Shown: positions 13,001-25,000 of the stretch, one piece after another
How positions within the stretch are numbered: the first letter of the stretch is position 1
How the letters are laid out: each line of letters opens with the position of its first letter
Origin: Convolutriloba macropyga
Taxonomy: Eukaryota
Length of the DNA: 64,000 nt
Assembly (NCBI RefSeq): GCF_964194025.1
Contig: NC_134472.1
Coordinates: 62,496,001 to 62,560,000, forward strand
Reading direction: 5' to 3'
Program-made: the position numbers and the translations under genes
Notes under the pieces: model-generated
Told to the model about the DNA's origin: nothing
The model's database searches: none
What the model saw: only the letters and a program-made list of their open reading frames with translations

Positions 13001-16000
13001 TGGAGTTTTCGTTTCAATGAAGACAAGGAGTTCAGTTTTGTCAGAGTTAAGCTTTAGATTGTGATAGTTTAAAGAGATGACACATCTGTCAATATTCATC
13101 TCAAGTTTTTTGTTGCATTTGACAATTTCAGTTAAGTTTTCACAATGGTAAATTTTTATGCATACAACTTATATGTAATTATCCATTTTTCCGGGCGTTT
13201 TCCATTCAGCAAAAACATTTTAATTAAATGTTAAGAAAAATATATACACACAATTTATGTACAACCATCCGGTGAAGAAAGTTTATATACATTAAGAAAA
13301 AGTTTGAGTTCTTGTTAAAATTGAGTTTTGGAAATCACTTTATTAAAACATTTCTTCAGCGTCAGGTGGACTCAGCCATTTCAAGTGCCGTGAAGGACTT
13401 CTACTGGCTGATATCGACATTGTACTTGAATTGGTCGTTTGACCTCTTGGCTAGCCTCGTAGAGTATGAGGGACGAGTTTCAATTTCTTCAGGTAAGTAA
13501 TCTCTTATAATAACTGATCAATACTAAACAAACATAAAAGAAACAAAATAATAACAAATTTGTAAGATAAAACAAAAAAAAGAAAGAATCAATGTTCTTT
13601 GGTGGGGCTCGAAGCAACTTCTGCGCATCTGCTGATCGGTAAGCGCACTGGACCAAACCATTTTACTTGATGCTTCATTTTACTGTAACTTTTCTTAGAG
13701 TTCATCCAAATAGAATATGTCTTCTGGTTCAAATCAAGTCGTAGAATCTCATCACTTTAAAGACGAAGAATTTCGTTGTTGTTATTGAAAAAGAAAAAGA
13801 TTTCGTTTAAATTGAAGATAATAGGATTGAGATCTAAAACAAATGTGTTTTCAACGTCAATTAAAAGAAGTAATGATGTGATAAAAAGTGCTACGCTGAC
13901 CTTAACCGTAAAACCACTGAAACCAAACCGCCTGCAGCACAAAACTATAATATTAGACTTTTCTGTTGCTTAAATAAATCAGTGGAGTGTTGAGTAAAAA
14001 AAATAAAATGGATGAAAGTTATGGGATGAAAGCTTTGGTAATCTGTTCAGCCCCGGATTTGCTAAGCGAGCGGCTGGCTGAACAGAAGGAGACAAAGGAG
14101 TCAAATGGAATAAAAGTGAGTTGTATCTGGCCCCGAATTGACTAAACGAGCGGCTGGCCATATACTCGTGACATGTCTGATAAATTTAAGAGACGCATGT
14201 GTCCGAAATATAAAATGTAGGAAAACATTCGCAAGTTAATACTTCGCGTCTTCGAACTGCTGTCGATTCGACTTTACAATTTCGTTTTCTCGTATTTCAC
14301 CGCTGCGCCATTTTGGTCTGCTGTAACACGTAAAGTAAACCTTTTTGAGCTAGCTGTAGGTAACTGATGCTTTTTTCGAGATAGAGCATAAACCAATTAG
14401 CAAGAGTTGAAGAGAGTTGGACTCGAACAGTGGTTGTTGGTACAAGGTTTTTTCCAGTTCACCCCCCTCAAAACCGCGCTGCTGGCTGACAATTTGCTGT
14501 TTTTTCGTTTGCTATTTCGTATGTTTGTTTTTTTTCTCTGCCCAGATTTCAAAATATAGTTGCACCTCCTTTTTTCCCGGTTTTGTCTTCGTATTCTTGT
14601 TGATTATTTTCCCAAGTTTTCCCTTGACTTCAGTCCGACTACCGATTTTTAATGGAAAACGATTAATGATCTTGAAACTAGGGATACGCTGGGGATCGAT
14701 CCTTGTTCTGTCATTCGACAGTATTTTGATCTTTTATCTACGCCGAACGTCCATAGTGCGCCAGTTAATCATCATTTTTTTAAGTATTGAAGGTGGTCGA
14801 GAGTACTTTTGCAAGTGTTTAGCGGGCACTGCCGTTTTTTGTGTTTTAGATCTATTACAGATTGTTTGTTGTGTTTTATTGCCCGACTAATATACCCATT
14901 GGCTGGTTTAATCTGTAGTTCTTTAATCATTTACATGTGTGCCTCTTCATGGAGCTTTTGGACCCTGTAATATCTTGGTTTTCGTAGGCAAATCCTAAGG
15001 GCTCTATTTTGGACGTTCTGTATTTTATTATTTATTGCTTGGGATTGGTCCATCCAGCAGGCATTAGAATACAAAAAATCGTTTGGAACCAAGTTTTATA
15101 TACCAAAGGAAGACTTTCTTCGTTAATGTTTAGATTGCTAAGTCTCCACAGTTGAAATAACCTCCTGTTTGCTTTCTTCACTAAATTATTGCAGTGATCG
15201 TTCCATCTGAGATGAGGAGTGAGAGTGATACCCAGAAACTTAAGTGATATTGTTTTTCCAATTGGTACGCCTATTATTTTTAGGTTGAGTTCAGACTCAT
15301 TCTTTGTTGGGTTTTTGAAGATCATGTACTGGGTTTTAATAGGATTTATTTTAATTTTCAAGAAGTCACACCAGTCTTTGAGGCTATTCAATGATGATTG
15401 CAGATTGTTTTGAATTAATTGTGTTGAGCGAGATCTGTAGTACAAGGCAAAATCGTCAGCAAACTGTGAGATCTGTGCCTTCAATTCTGGCAATCAGCTA
15501 TCGTATATAAGAAAGAGAATGGAAGCAATTACGCTGCCTTGGGGCACTCCGGCTGTCGGGCAAAAGCTGGAACGTACGGTGGAATTTATCTTTACGTATA
15601 CATTCTTTTGTGACAAGAAAGAATTTATCCGCTTAATAATTGGGATTTTTAGCTTAATTGAGTATAATTTGTGGATCAACCCTAGACGCCATACAGCATC
15701 AACTGCTTTTTCAACATCCAAGCACACTAAACTAACCATTTCCGACCACTGAAAAGCTTCACTAACGTGCTGAGTGAGTTTGATAAGGTTGTCTGTGGTA
15801 CAGCGATGTTTCCTGTATGCGCTCTGAGTTTCGCCAAAAACATTTAGACCTTCGCAGTGTTCTAAGACAATGTTTTTCACAACAGTTTCACACACGTTGG
15901 CGAGGCAATTTGTAAGACTAATGGGTCGATAATTTTCAGCCTTTGAGCAGTCTTTGTCTTGCTTTGGTATCATTTTTATCTGCGATTCCTTCCAATTTAC

Positions 16001-19000
16001 TGGAACATACGAGTTGTTAATTGAGCTAGAGTATAGAAGGCAGGCTAGGGCTTTAACATTTCTTGGTAACTATCGGAGTAGTTTGTAGCAGATTTTATCA
16101 GGACCTGGGCATGATTTTCTCGATTCTCTCAAAATTTCACCAAATTCATTTGTTGTGATCACAACACAAAGCTGCTCGGTGTCTACAACTGTGCCTATAA
16201 CCGCTTTTGTCTGATTTTCAATTTTATCTCAGTGTTCAGCAATTCCTGATGAAACTGGTGTGTGATCTTTCATGGTATCCTTTAGCAATTGTTTGAACAG
16301 CTCGCTTTTTTCCTGATCAGTGACTGCCTGCGACTCTTTATAGTTTAAATTGGGATAGTCTCCAGTTTTCTGTTTTGACTCGTGATCATTTGTTAATTCT
16401 TTTGTTGCTCTCCAAAAACCTTTGCTGACCTTATCGCCTGCTCGTTCAAAAATTTTTGCTCTTTTTCTTTCTTCTGATTGCCTAATTGATCGTTTGATTT
16501 TTTTGTAGATAAATTATCTCGGTTCTTAGAGACCTAAAATCTTCGCCGAAAGCACTTTTGAGCTCTCTTCGCTTCCTTCTTTTCAGTTTTATCAATTTTG
16601 GTGTCTCAATACTGTAAGGGAACTTGTTTTTGATTAATAGGAATCTTCCAGCGATTTATGTATTAATTCAACCAGGCTAATGCTAAACTGATTTAGATCA
16701 TCCTTTCCCGGATACTGCGCAGGCCAAAGAATCGATGATCTATAAGACTTTCTTGTGTTTTCTTTAAATATTCTGAGGTCAATTTTAGATTTCAATTCAA
16801 ACATTTTGATTATTTTGAGGTTCAACGTTGTAATTGTGGTTCTATGGTCACTACCTAGATCCTCTGAGACTTCAAAATTGTTAAAATTGGTAAAAACTGT
16901 ACTTTCGCAAAAGTGCAGATCGAGCATATTCCTGCTTTTTCAGTCAACCGATTGGTATGTGTAGTGACCGTTGTTTAGCAATTTAAAATGGCCTTTTTCA
17001 ATTAGATTTAAAATCTTCTCGCCGTTTTCGGAATCATAGGAGCAGTTAATTTCTTGGTGGGGAGAGTTGAAGTAACCACATACAAAAACCATTTGACATT
17101 CTTTCTGAGAATACTTTTTCCAGTGAAAGTGGTTTTCCAGGTGAATTGTAAACAGATACTATCCAAAAGTCCCCAAAAAGCGGTAGCGTGATGCATATTT
17201 TCAGTATTTCTAAGGTTTTCTATCGGTAATCGTTCTCTTTTTCAACTGGTTCTACTCGCTATATGACAATGTTGTTCTTTATTAAGATAACGGAACCATG
17301 GTGACCGTTGGCATAAGTTTCTGTTGCAACAATATAATTACTGAGAGGGGTTGTCTTCTGCCATTTTTTCACTTCATTTACGCAAAATATATCTGTCTTT
17401 TTCAGCCGAAAATAAAATCAGATCGTTTATTTTGTTGTTTAGACCTCGACAGTTCCATTGCAAAATTTTAAGCTAATCCATTTTCGGTAAAGTTTTGGCT
17501 GTTTGCTAGGCTGTTAGGTGGCCTTGTATTAACAGAGATGATATTTGCACTCTTAATGCTCTCGTGCATTCTTTGAGCATCAATTTTTTCATCGAAGATG
17601 CGCGAGGCGCTCTTAGAGACAATGTTTATTATATCACTGTAGGACATGGTATTGAGAACTGTTTGTATTTTACTCAGTACTTCGGCTACTAAAACAGCTA
17701 TTTTTCAGTTTGTGGCGGGAGTTCAGTGTTTTTTGTGGCTTGAAGGTCTTTGCTACGTCAGAGTATTTGTTCTCATTTATCTTTCTTGAAACCTCGGTTA
17801 GATTTTGCTGACAGGCCGGACAACCGCGATAAACTGTCGCATGCGCACCACCACTGTTTGAACACTTAGCGTTTTCTTTTTGAACAGTGCATTCTTTAAC
17901 ACTGTGCTCCTGCGAGCATCGGAGGCATCGAGTGGCTTTTCTGCATTCTTTAGCAGAGTGACCAAATTGTTGGCATTTGAAACATTGCCTTACGTGGGGT
18001 AGTTCTCGGCATGCTTCACATCGGTATACCTGCCAACCTATTTTGACACCATGCTTTTGAGCTGCACTAACATGATTATTGGAATCAGTTATGACTCGAA
18101 TTAATTTTGTTGGTTGGCCAGTTGCTCGGCTTGTTATTCGTGTAACTTTGCTGACATTCATTGCGTTGATGTTTAGGAGCTCAGCTTTTATCTCATCTTT
18201 ACTAATGCCGTGATGCACATTTACAATTACGAAGCTTGGTTTGGTTTTTGGCTTTGGAAGATTGTTTCTGACATTCACAGTAGCATTTGGAAAGGCTTGA
18301 GTTAGGTTTACGGTCAGCATTAGGCATTCTCTAGAAGCGAGGTCCTCAGGTTGGATAAAACAATTGGTATTGGTCTTCAACTCTCTTATGTGCTTTATTT
18401 TGACCACTGGAAAGTTCGGTCTGATTGCTCTCGCAAACTGTATTTGTGATGGCCTTGGATCAATAGAAACAACAATTGGTCTAACGTTGGTGATTGGAAT
18501 TTGTGATTGTTTTCTGAACCTTTTTCTTTTACTTCGCACTTCATTAAAATCGCTTTCATCTTGTGTTGTTTCGTCGGCTGTCATTCTGGCTTCAGATAAA
18601 AGCCTTTCAATTTGGCTCATTTTAAAACTCAGCCTCAAGGAGGCTCTGACTTCTCGAAAAATTCTCTAATAAGATTTTGAAGATGAGGGATAAAACTGAG
18701 CAAAAAGTAAAGACTTTTGAGCTTAAGACTTTGAAGGGGAGAATAAAACTTGAAGAAAAGGTAAAAGAAAAGTCGGGATTAAGAAGAAAAGTCAGGATTT
18801 TAAATCTTAAGCAAGTTTTAGTGAAAAATCTCTTTTAGTGAAAAAGTTTAAGAACTTCAACAGGGTTTCCTCAGTATCAGGGGTTACTAGCTGTTAGCGT
18901 TCATTCTCCTTGTACCGGTAATTACCTGAGGAGGTGTAAGAAAGTAACTTGAATTAGGCATATCACCATTAGGCTAAATTAAATGTTAAGAAAAATACGA

Positions 19001-22000
19001 AAAGTTACGGGCCCGTTGTTAAATTACTGCAAAATCACTGTTAAAACCACTTGATTTTTAAAACAACTAACCGCATTATCTCGTTTTGTTTTTGATCCGG
19101 GTCCACGTTAAAGGTTGATTTACAAAAAGCGGTCAAAAAAGCACTAAATGTAGTGAATTGTTGCAAGAGTTGTGTTGAAAACAATAAGTTATCTGTTATT
19201 ATTTTGCTCACCATATACTGGACATAGCTAGCCATTATGTATAGATCTGACAAAAATTGATAAAGAGCCATATCAATCAAAACAATCAACCAAACCGTGA
19301 AAATTGTTTTTCAATTTTATAAATGCAACCAAAGCCTGAGCAGTAATCTAAACTTTCAGTCTTGAAGCTAAGTGCTAATATTGATTTTGTGTAGTATATA
19401 GTTATTAAAACTGTCTGTCAGTCACAAATGAGCTCAAACTAAAACTAACCGCATTGTCTCGTTTTGTTTTTGATCCGGGTCCACATTAAAAATTGATTTT
19501 AAAAAAGCGGCCAGAAAAGCACTAAATGTAATGAATTGTTGAAAGAGTTGTGTTGAAAACGATAAGTGATCTGTTTTTTTTTACTGCAAATATGTAGCTA
19601 AAATTAGCAATAAAAAAGGGGAAAAAATTTGGCGCCTCTCATTTCACAAAAACAGATACAACTGATTTCATATCTGTGTGTGTAGAGTAATTTATATGAC
19701 AGCAGTGAATATTTCGAATAGATTTGCAGCTGAAAATCTAGCGCTAGAAATAGAGATAAATGTGAATGTGACTAACGGCAGGTAGAGCAAAGAAAGAGAT
19801 GCCCATGATCGCGAAGAAAGAGGCCACTATTTTGCCACCACTCGTAGTAGGCACTTTGTCACCATACCCAACTGTCGTCAGGGTCACCTCAACACACATT
19901 ACCTCTAACTATTGATGATGCAGAACCAAACAACTAGAAAACGTTCAAATTTTAAGGAGACTGATATTAAACTGTGCTCCAAGTTGTAGTCTGTTTGCAT
20001 TCTTTTTTGCTCATCGAGGCTTAAAACACTCACGTGCACATTTTAAAATGCCGGAAGTCTGCAGTGCCAGAAGTTAAAATGCCAGAAGTTGCTAATTAGG
20101 CAGAAGTTGAATTTCGTTTACTTTCGTCATTTTAAAACGTTCGCGTTTCGTGTTTTAAGCATGGTTAAGTGACTCTGAAATTCTGACTTAATATCTCGAA
20201 CCGCTTCGCCGTTCTCGATAAACGCCAGAAGTTCTCAGTGACTTCAAACAGAGTTAATTAACCATTACTTCTTCTCTAACCGTCTCTCAATTTCGTGAAT
20301 ACTATTTGATTGCAATTTCGATTCATCTCACACAATGAAAATGAACTGGTCTATTCGATACGCAAGAGTTTCACAAAATGCATAATTGTTCCATGTGATG
20401 TAATTAACAGGGTTATGAAAATCATTAACTTAATATAAACTTAAACAAGGCGGCTCAGCTGTGATATGCCAATGTGAAAAAAGCGAGTCAAGACGAACAG
20501 CAAAATCAAACAACAACAAACATTAATTACATCAAAAAATTTTGTCCGTTTTAAAAAACAAAATATATTAACAAAGTCAACATACCGTCAGATGAACCTA
20601 AAATTAAACAAAATAAATTATAAATCACCAGAAAAGATATGGACCAGTCCATAAAAAGGTTTGGTAACAATTGGACAAAAAAGAACAGAAACAGTAAAGT
20701 TTAAAAATTCGCTTATTTTTTTTAAAACAATTAACTTCAAAGTAATTAAAACCATTAGAGATCAAGTAAAATATGCCAAAGGCTTACAAATACCAATGTT
20801 TTCATTGAAGGGCATTAGGACTTGTCCTTATTCATTTCTTAAATCGGCTAAAAAGAACAACAAAAAACAACAAACAAAAATTCAATTGAAACTTGCCAGA
20901 AAACTCTCTCAAAACCGTCAAGCCATATTTTGACCCTCAAAAAATATTCGTTTGCTCCTTCTTCAAACAACGATAATGTAGTGTTTGGCCATTTATTAGT
21001 GAGACTAGGTAACAAGTAGACAAAAATGAGAAAAGGGGCAAAAGTATGTAATAATTTTTTTTTTTTTCTTAACAAAATTATATCCAAAGTCATGAAAAAC
21101 ATTAATTACAAAATGAAATATTCGAATAGGGTCGTTTATTCAATCAAAGGAATTCTTTGTTACCTGCAATTATCCAGAAAAAATCTTGTGTCTACAAAAT
21201 GGCGCCAAACATGACAAAAATCAAATTAATTTACTTTTTTTTGTGAAAAACCGGAGTCGAAGTCAGTAAGGTCATAACGCATTCTTTAAAAAAACAGATT
21301 TTAGGAAACCATTCCATTTTGACGCCTTCCCCTGACACCCATAATGTTATATTTGACCAGTAGTTAACGAGATTAGGTACCAAAAAGAAAAATAAAAATA
21401 ACAAACTTGCGAAGTTAAAAAGTTTTTTATTTTTAGTTTTGGAAAACGATTGTCTTCAAAGTCATGAAAGCCATCAGCTATCTACTGATATCAGAATATC
21501 GGCTCGTCAATTCTTCCATAAAAAGTCAGTGAAACTTATCAGAATATAGGAAATTTTTTTCTACTGAAATGACAAAGTAAAAATGACAGTTAAAACAAAA
21601 TTAAAGAATTCAATTAATTTTTTGAAGAAAGAAGTGTCGAGGCTGTTCAAACGATAATCTATATCTTTAAGGTATTTAATATGTTCAATTGTGTTTCATT
21701 TTAAACGCCAAAAATGTGCTATGAGAACTGTCAGTAATGTGATAATGTTACTAGAAAACGTGAAAAACTGGCAAATTTCTAAAAACAAAAAAAATCTGAA
21801 ATCTAATAGTATCAAAGCTAGAAAACAATAACTTCAGGCTTAAAAACGCAATCGAGACTAAATTTTTAATCATTAGAATGAAGAAGCATTCTTCCTTCGC
21901 TGACACTAAGCTGCAAGTTGACCAAATTAGGAAAAAAAGGAGGAAAAGCTCATTAAGCCATAATATATTTAAAAATCAATAATTTTTCGAAGTCGAAACG

Positions 22001-25000
22001 ATCATAAACGTTCCCGTAAAAAACAATAAACGTAAAAAACGTAAAAAACATAAAATGATTTAGATTGGAGTTGCTTAGGAAGCCAATTGGACCAACCACT
22101 CCTGAGCTTTCATTTGATATGCTCTGTTCTTTATTATAAGAAAAGGTCTTTTTTTTTTCAAAAAAAAGACCGATTGATTGCAATCCGATTTCTTTTTGGA
22201 TTGTAACAGTCTGAGAATGTACCAAAACTAGCCCTGCTAATGCTTATTGTCCGTTAGGAACTATTGATTTTTCGAATATTGTAGATATAGATAATTTGTT
22301 AGTTGAAAACTCAAAAAAAAAATTCTGCATTTTTGATACTAAACAAGTAAAGCTAGCAAAAAACGGCAAAGTTTTAATTACAGAGCACTCTCAGCGGAAG
22401 TTGATGTAGGAATAGCCCCCTTCTGATTTTCTGATTCTAAAAAGAGTGTATTAGTGTTGTTTGGGGGTGTAGTGCCTGCAAATTTTTTATCAAAGTGGAC
22501 TAAAGTAGCTTATTTCGTGCTGTTTTTGATGAAAAAGGCTGAACTTTGAAACCTTTATCCAGAGTTTTTGACCGAAGAATTAAATCAAAATAATCAACAA
22601 GGCTTGTTTGTCCTTAAAAATAAAATCAACGACACAATTCTTAAAAATTTCGACAAATTTTAGCAAAGTTGACGAAAAATTATGCGAAAATTTCGGAAAA
22701 TGTGAATAAAACAACGTGAATTCACTCTACTTTTTTCAGAAGTTTAAAGCACGATAACTCCCTGTTGAAAACGAAAATTTAAAAAATGTTTTTAATTCCA
22801 TATTCTACGCTGGACGAGCTTTCTAATGATACCAGTCTCATTTCTCTACGATGAATATATCGATCGGCGAAAATTGACTGAACAAAAAAAAAACCCATTT
22901 GAGTATATAGTTCCTCCCCCCTCAAGAGGGGTCGGAACAATTAAGTTAAGACAAAATGAGAGTAGATTTAATCTAGCACAACTTGTCTGTCGTTTTGGTT
23001 ATGAACCACCTAATAAACATCAACAAACATTGACGAGAAACCAAGATATCAGATTTTTGCAATATGACGATTCTTCAATGCCCCTTCTATAGACTTCTTT
23101 TCCCAGAAACTGATCCCCTCGAGTGGGTGGTGAGCGGTCCATTTGAAATCATTTTTAATAAGGAAGAGTCGATCAAAAGGCAGCTACAAAAACACTTGTT
23201 ATGCCCTTATACGGCGCTTTGCTAAGTTTGGTAACCTTTCTGAGGCACCATAATATTCTTAATAAATAATGAAAGTTTCGCCCATGATTTCCTCTGCTAA
23301 CCACGAAGTCGAAATAAGTACTTAGCTGGACTCTAACTTAAAATACTCCCTGATTCAAATTGCAAATTTCCAGCCGGAAAACGAACTAAAACAAAAACGA
23401 ATATAGGACTCGTATTTGCAATTGTTCAGTACTAATTTACACTTTGTATTCGGATCAGGAGGCAAACCGAGTTAAATGACCTTCGTAGCAAACTGAAGAC
23501 TGTAATTAGCGAATTGTTGTTCACTAATGTTGGCCAACCTTACATTTAGTCGATCAACTTGCTTGTAAGACACGAGGGTACTCGGTTGACCACCATAGAC
23601 AAAAAATTAGGATGCAGAGGGATACCCTAAATTTTCAACCTTAGTAAAAATCGCTTGCAAAATATATACATAAAATGAGCAAAATTAGGAGACTAGCTTA
23701 GTAGCTATTTTTCCAAATTTTTTCCTCCGTTTTTGCGAAATGGAGATTCTATCAAGTTAAAAATTAGGTGACAAATATTGTAGAACTTTGGGATCTAATC
23801 TGTTTTGGCCCCTCAGCTTAAAGAGCTTATATTTTTTACGCCCCAGGCGCACGTGCTATTTTTATACATAGTGACGTGCTATATGACAACATGCAATTTG
23901 TAATTGGGGGCGTAAAAACACTGGCGGGGGGGGGGGGCGAAACAGAAAAAATCCGAACTTTTTTGCTTAGATTAGGTATCTACTTTTTGCATTAAATGTA
24001 TCTATAATCCGCAATTGTGTCTAATTTATTGCGCGCTTTTGAGCATGCAAAAGTGATATAAAGTTTTCTTTATCGAACACGAGAAGTTGGTTTAAAATAA
24101 TACACATAAAGGGCTCAAACAAATTTACCAATCTGTTCATTATGCAGAAAAATCTCCTTGACAAAACATATTTGTTCCGTAGGTCGGGAATCCGCAATTA
24201 AATTGTAGATCGGGAATCAGCATTACACCACCAAGACGGAAAAACATCATACCCAAACAATATCCCCGAAGAAAACTATTAACCTCACCTGAGAATAACA
24301 TCCCAAAGGAGGCATTCAGTGGGATCAAAATGCAAAAAACTCAGAAAACTCAAATGCATATTAACTCAATTAGAAAACAAATCCCGTGTGAAATCTTATT
24401 GTCGAAAGTTTATTGACTTTAAAAATTTAAGAGAAACATATTCAACAAATTAGTCGTGGTAAATTTTTGTTTTTAGGGTATTTAGAAGAGTGTCAACGTG
24501 ACTGTATTCACTAAGGATGAATGGAAGCATTTTTGAGAAATGATAGTAGACAGCTGGCCAGACATGTGTCAAAAGACGCATGTATATAGACACAAAAAAT
24601 AGACGCAAAACGGAGGAAATTTTCAAAAAATAACAACTGAAATTTTAAATAATTTGATTGTGATACATTTCGATTAGAATGAAATTCCCAAATGGAAAAC
24701 TAATAAGAAAATTTCCCTTGTTAGCCTAAAAAGATCCCCGTAAATGTCCGCTAGAAAAAGCTTTGGGAGTGTGCGCTGATGTCAAACCCAAGTCCACACC
24801 TAAAATTAAATATAAATCCCAATTCCCCACCTATAATCAATTAAAAACTTTTTGGTAAATTTGAACCGATATGGTATTTTATTAACCTTCCTTGTATAAC
24901 AAAAATATCAAACTTTAACCAGTTTTATTACCTTTTTTAAAAAATCCCTCAGAAAATTTCCATTTCCCGACCGACTGATCAAAACAATAAAAAAATTATT

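Larger units (their letters stand above)
13775..18976 (-). mobile_element. Near full-length non-LTR retrotransposon (LINE, Jockey/I-group-like: CCHC ORF1 plus APE-RT ORF2), decayed, in KCNQ intron 7
   Basis: ORF1 with three zinc knuckles, followed by ORF2 with APE and RT motifs; probable 3' tail AATAACAACAAC near 13775-13786. Boundaries approximate. Confidence 0.88.

Noticed and set aside
13600-13662. Functional tRNA gene
   Set aside because: A/B boxes are degenerate and no acceptor or anticodon stems can be built.
14417-14890. 157-aa hydrophobic plus-strand ORF
   Set aside because: Antisense shadow of the A-rich LINE ORF2 C-terminus.
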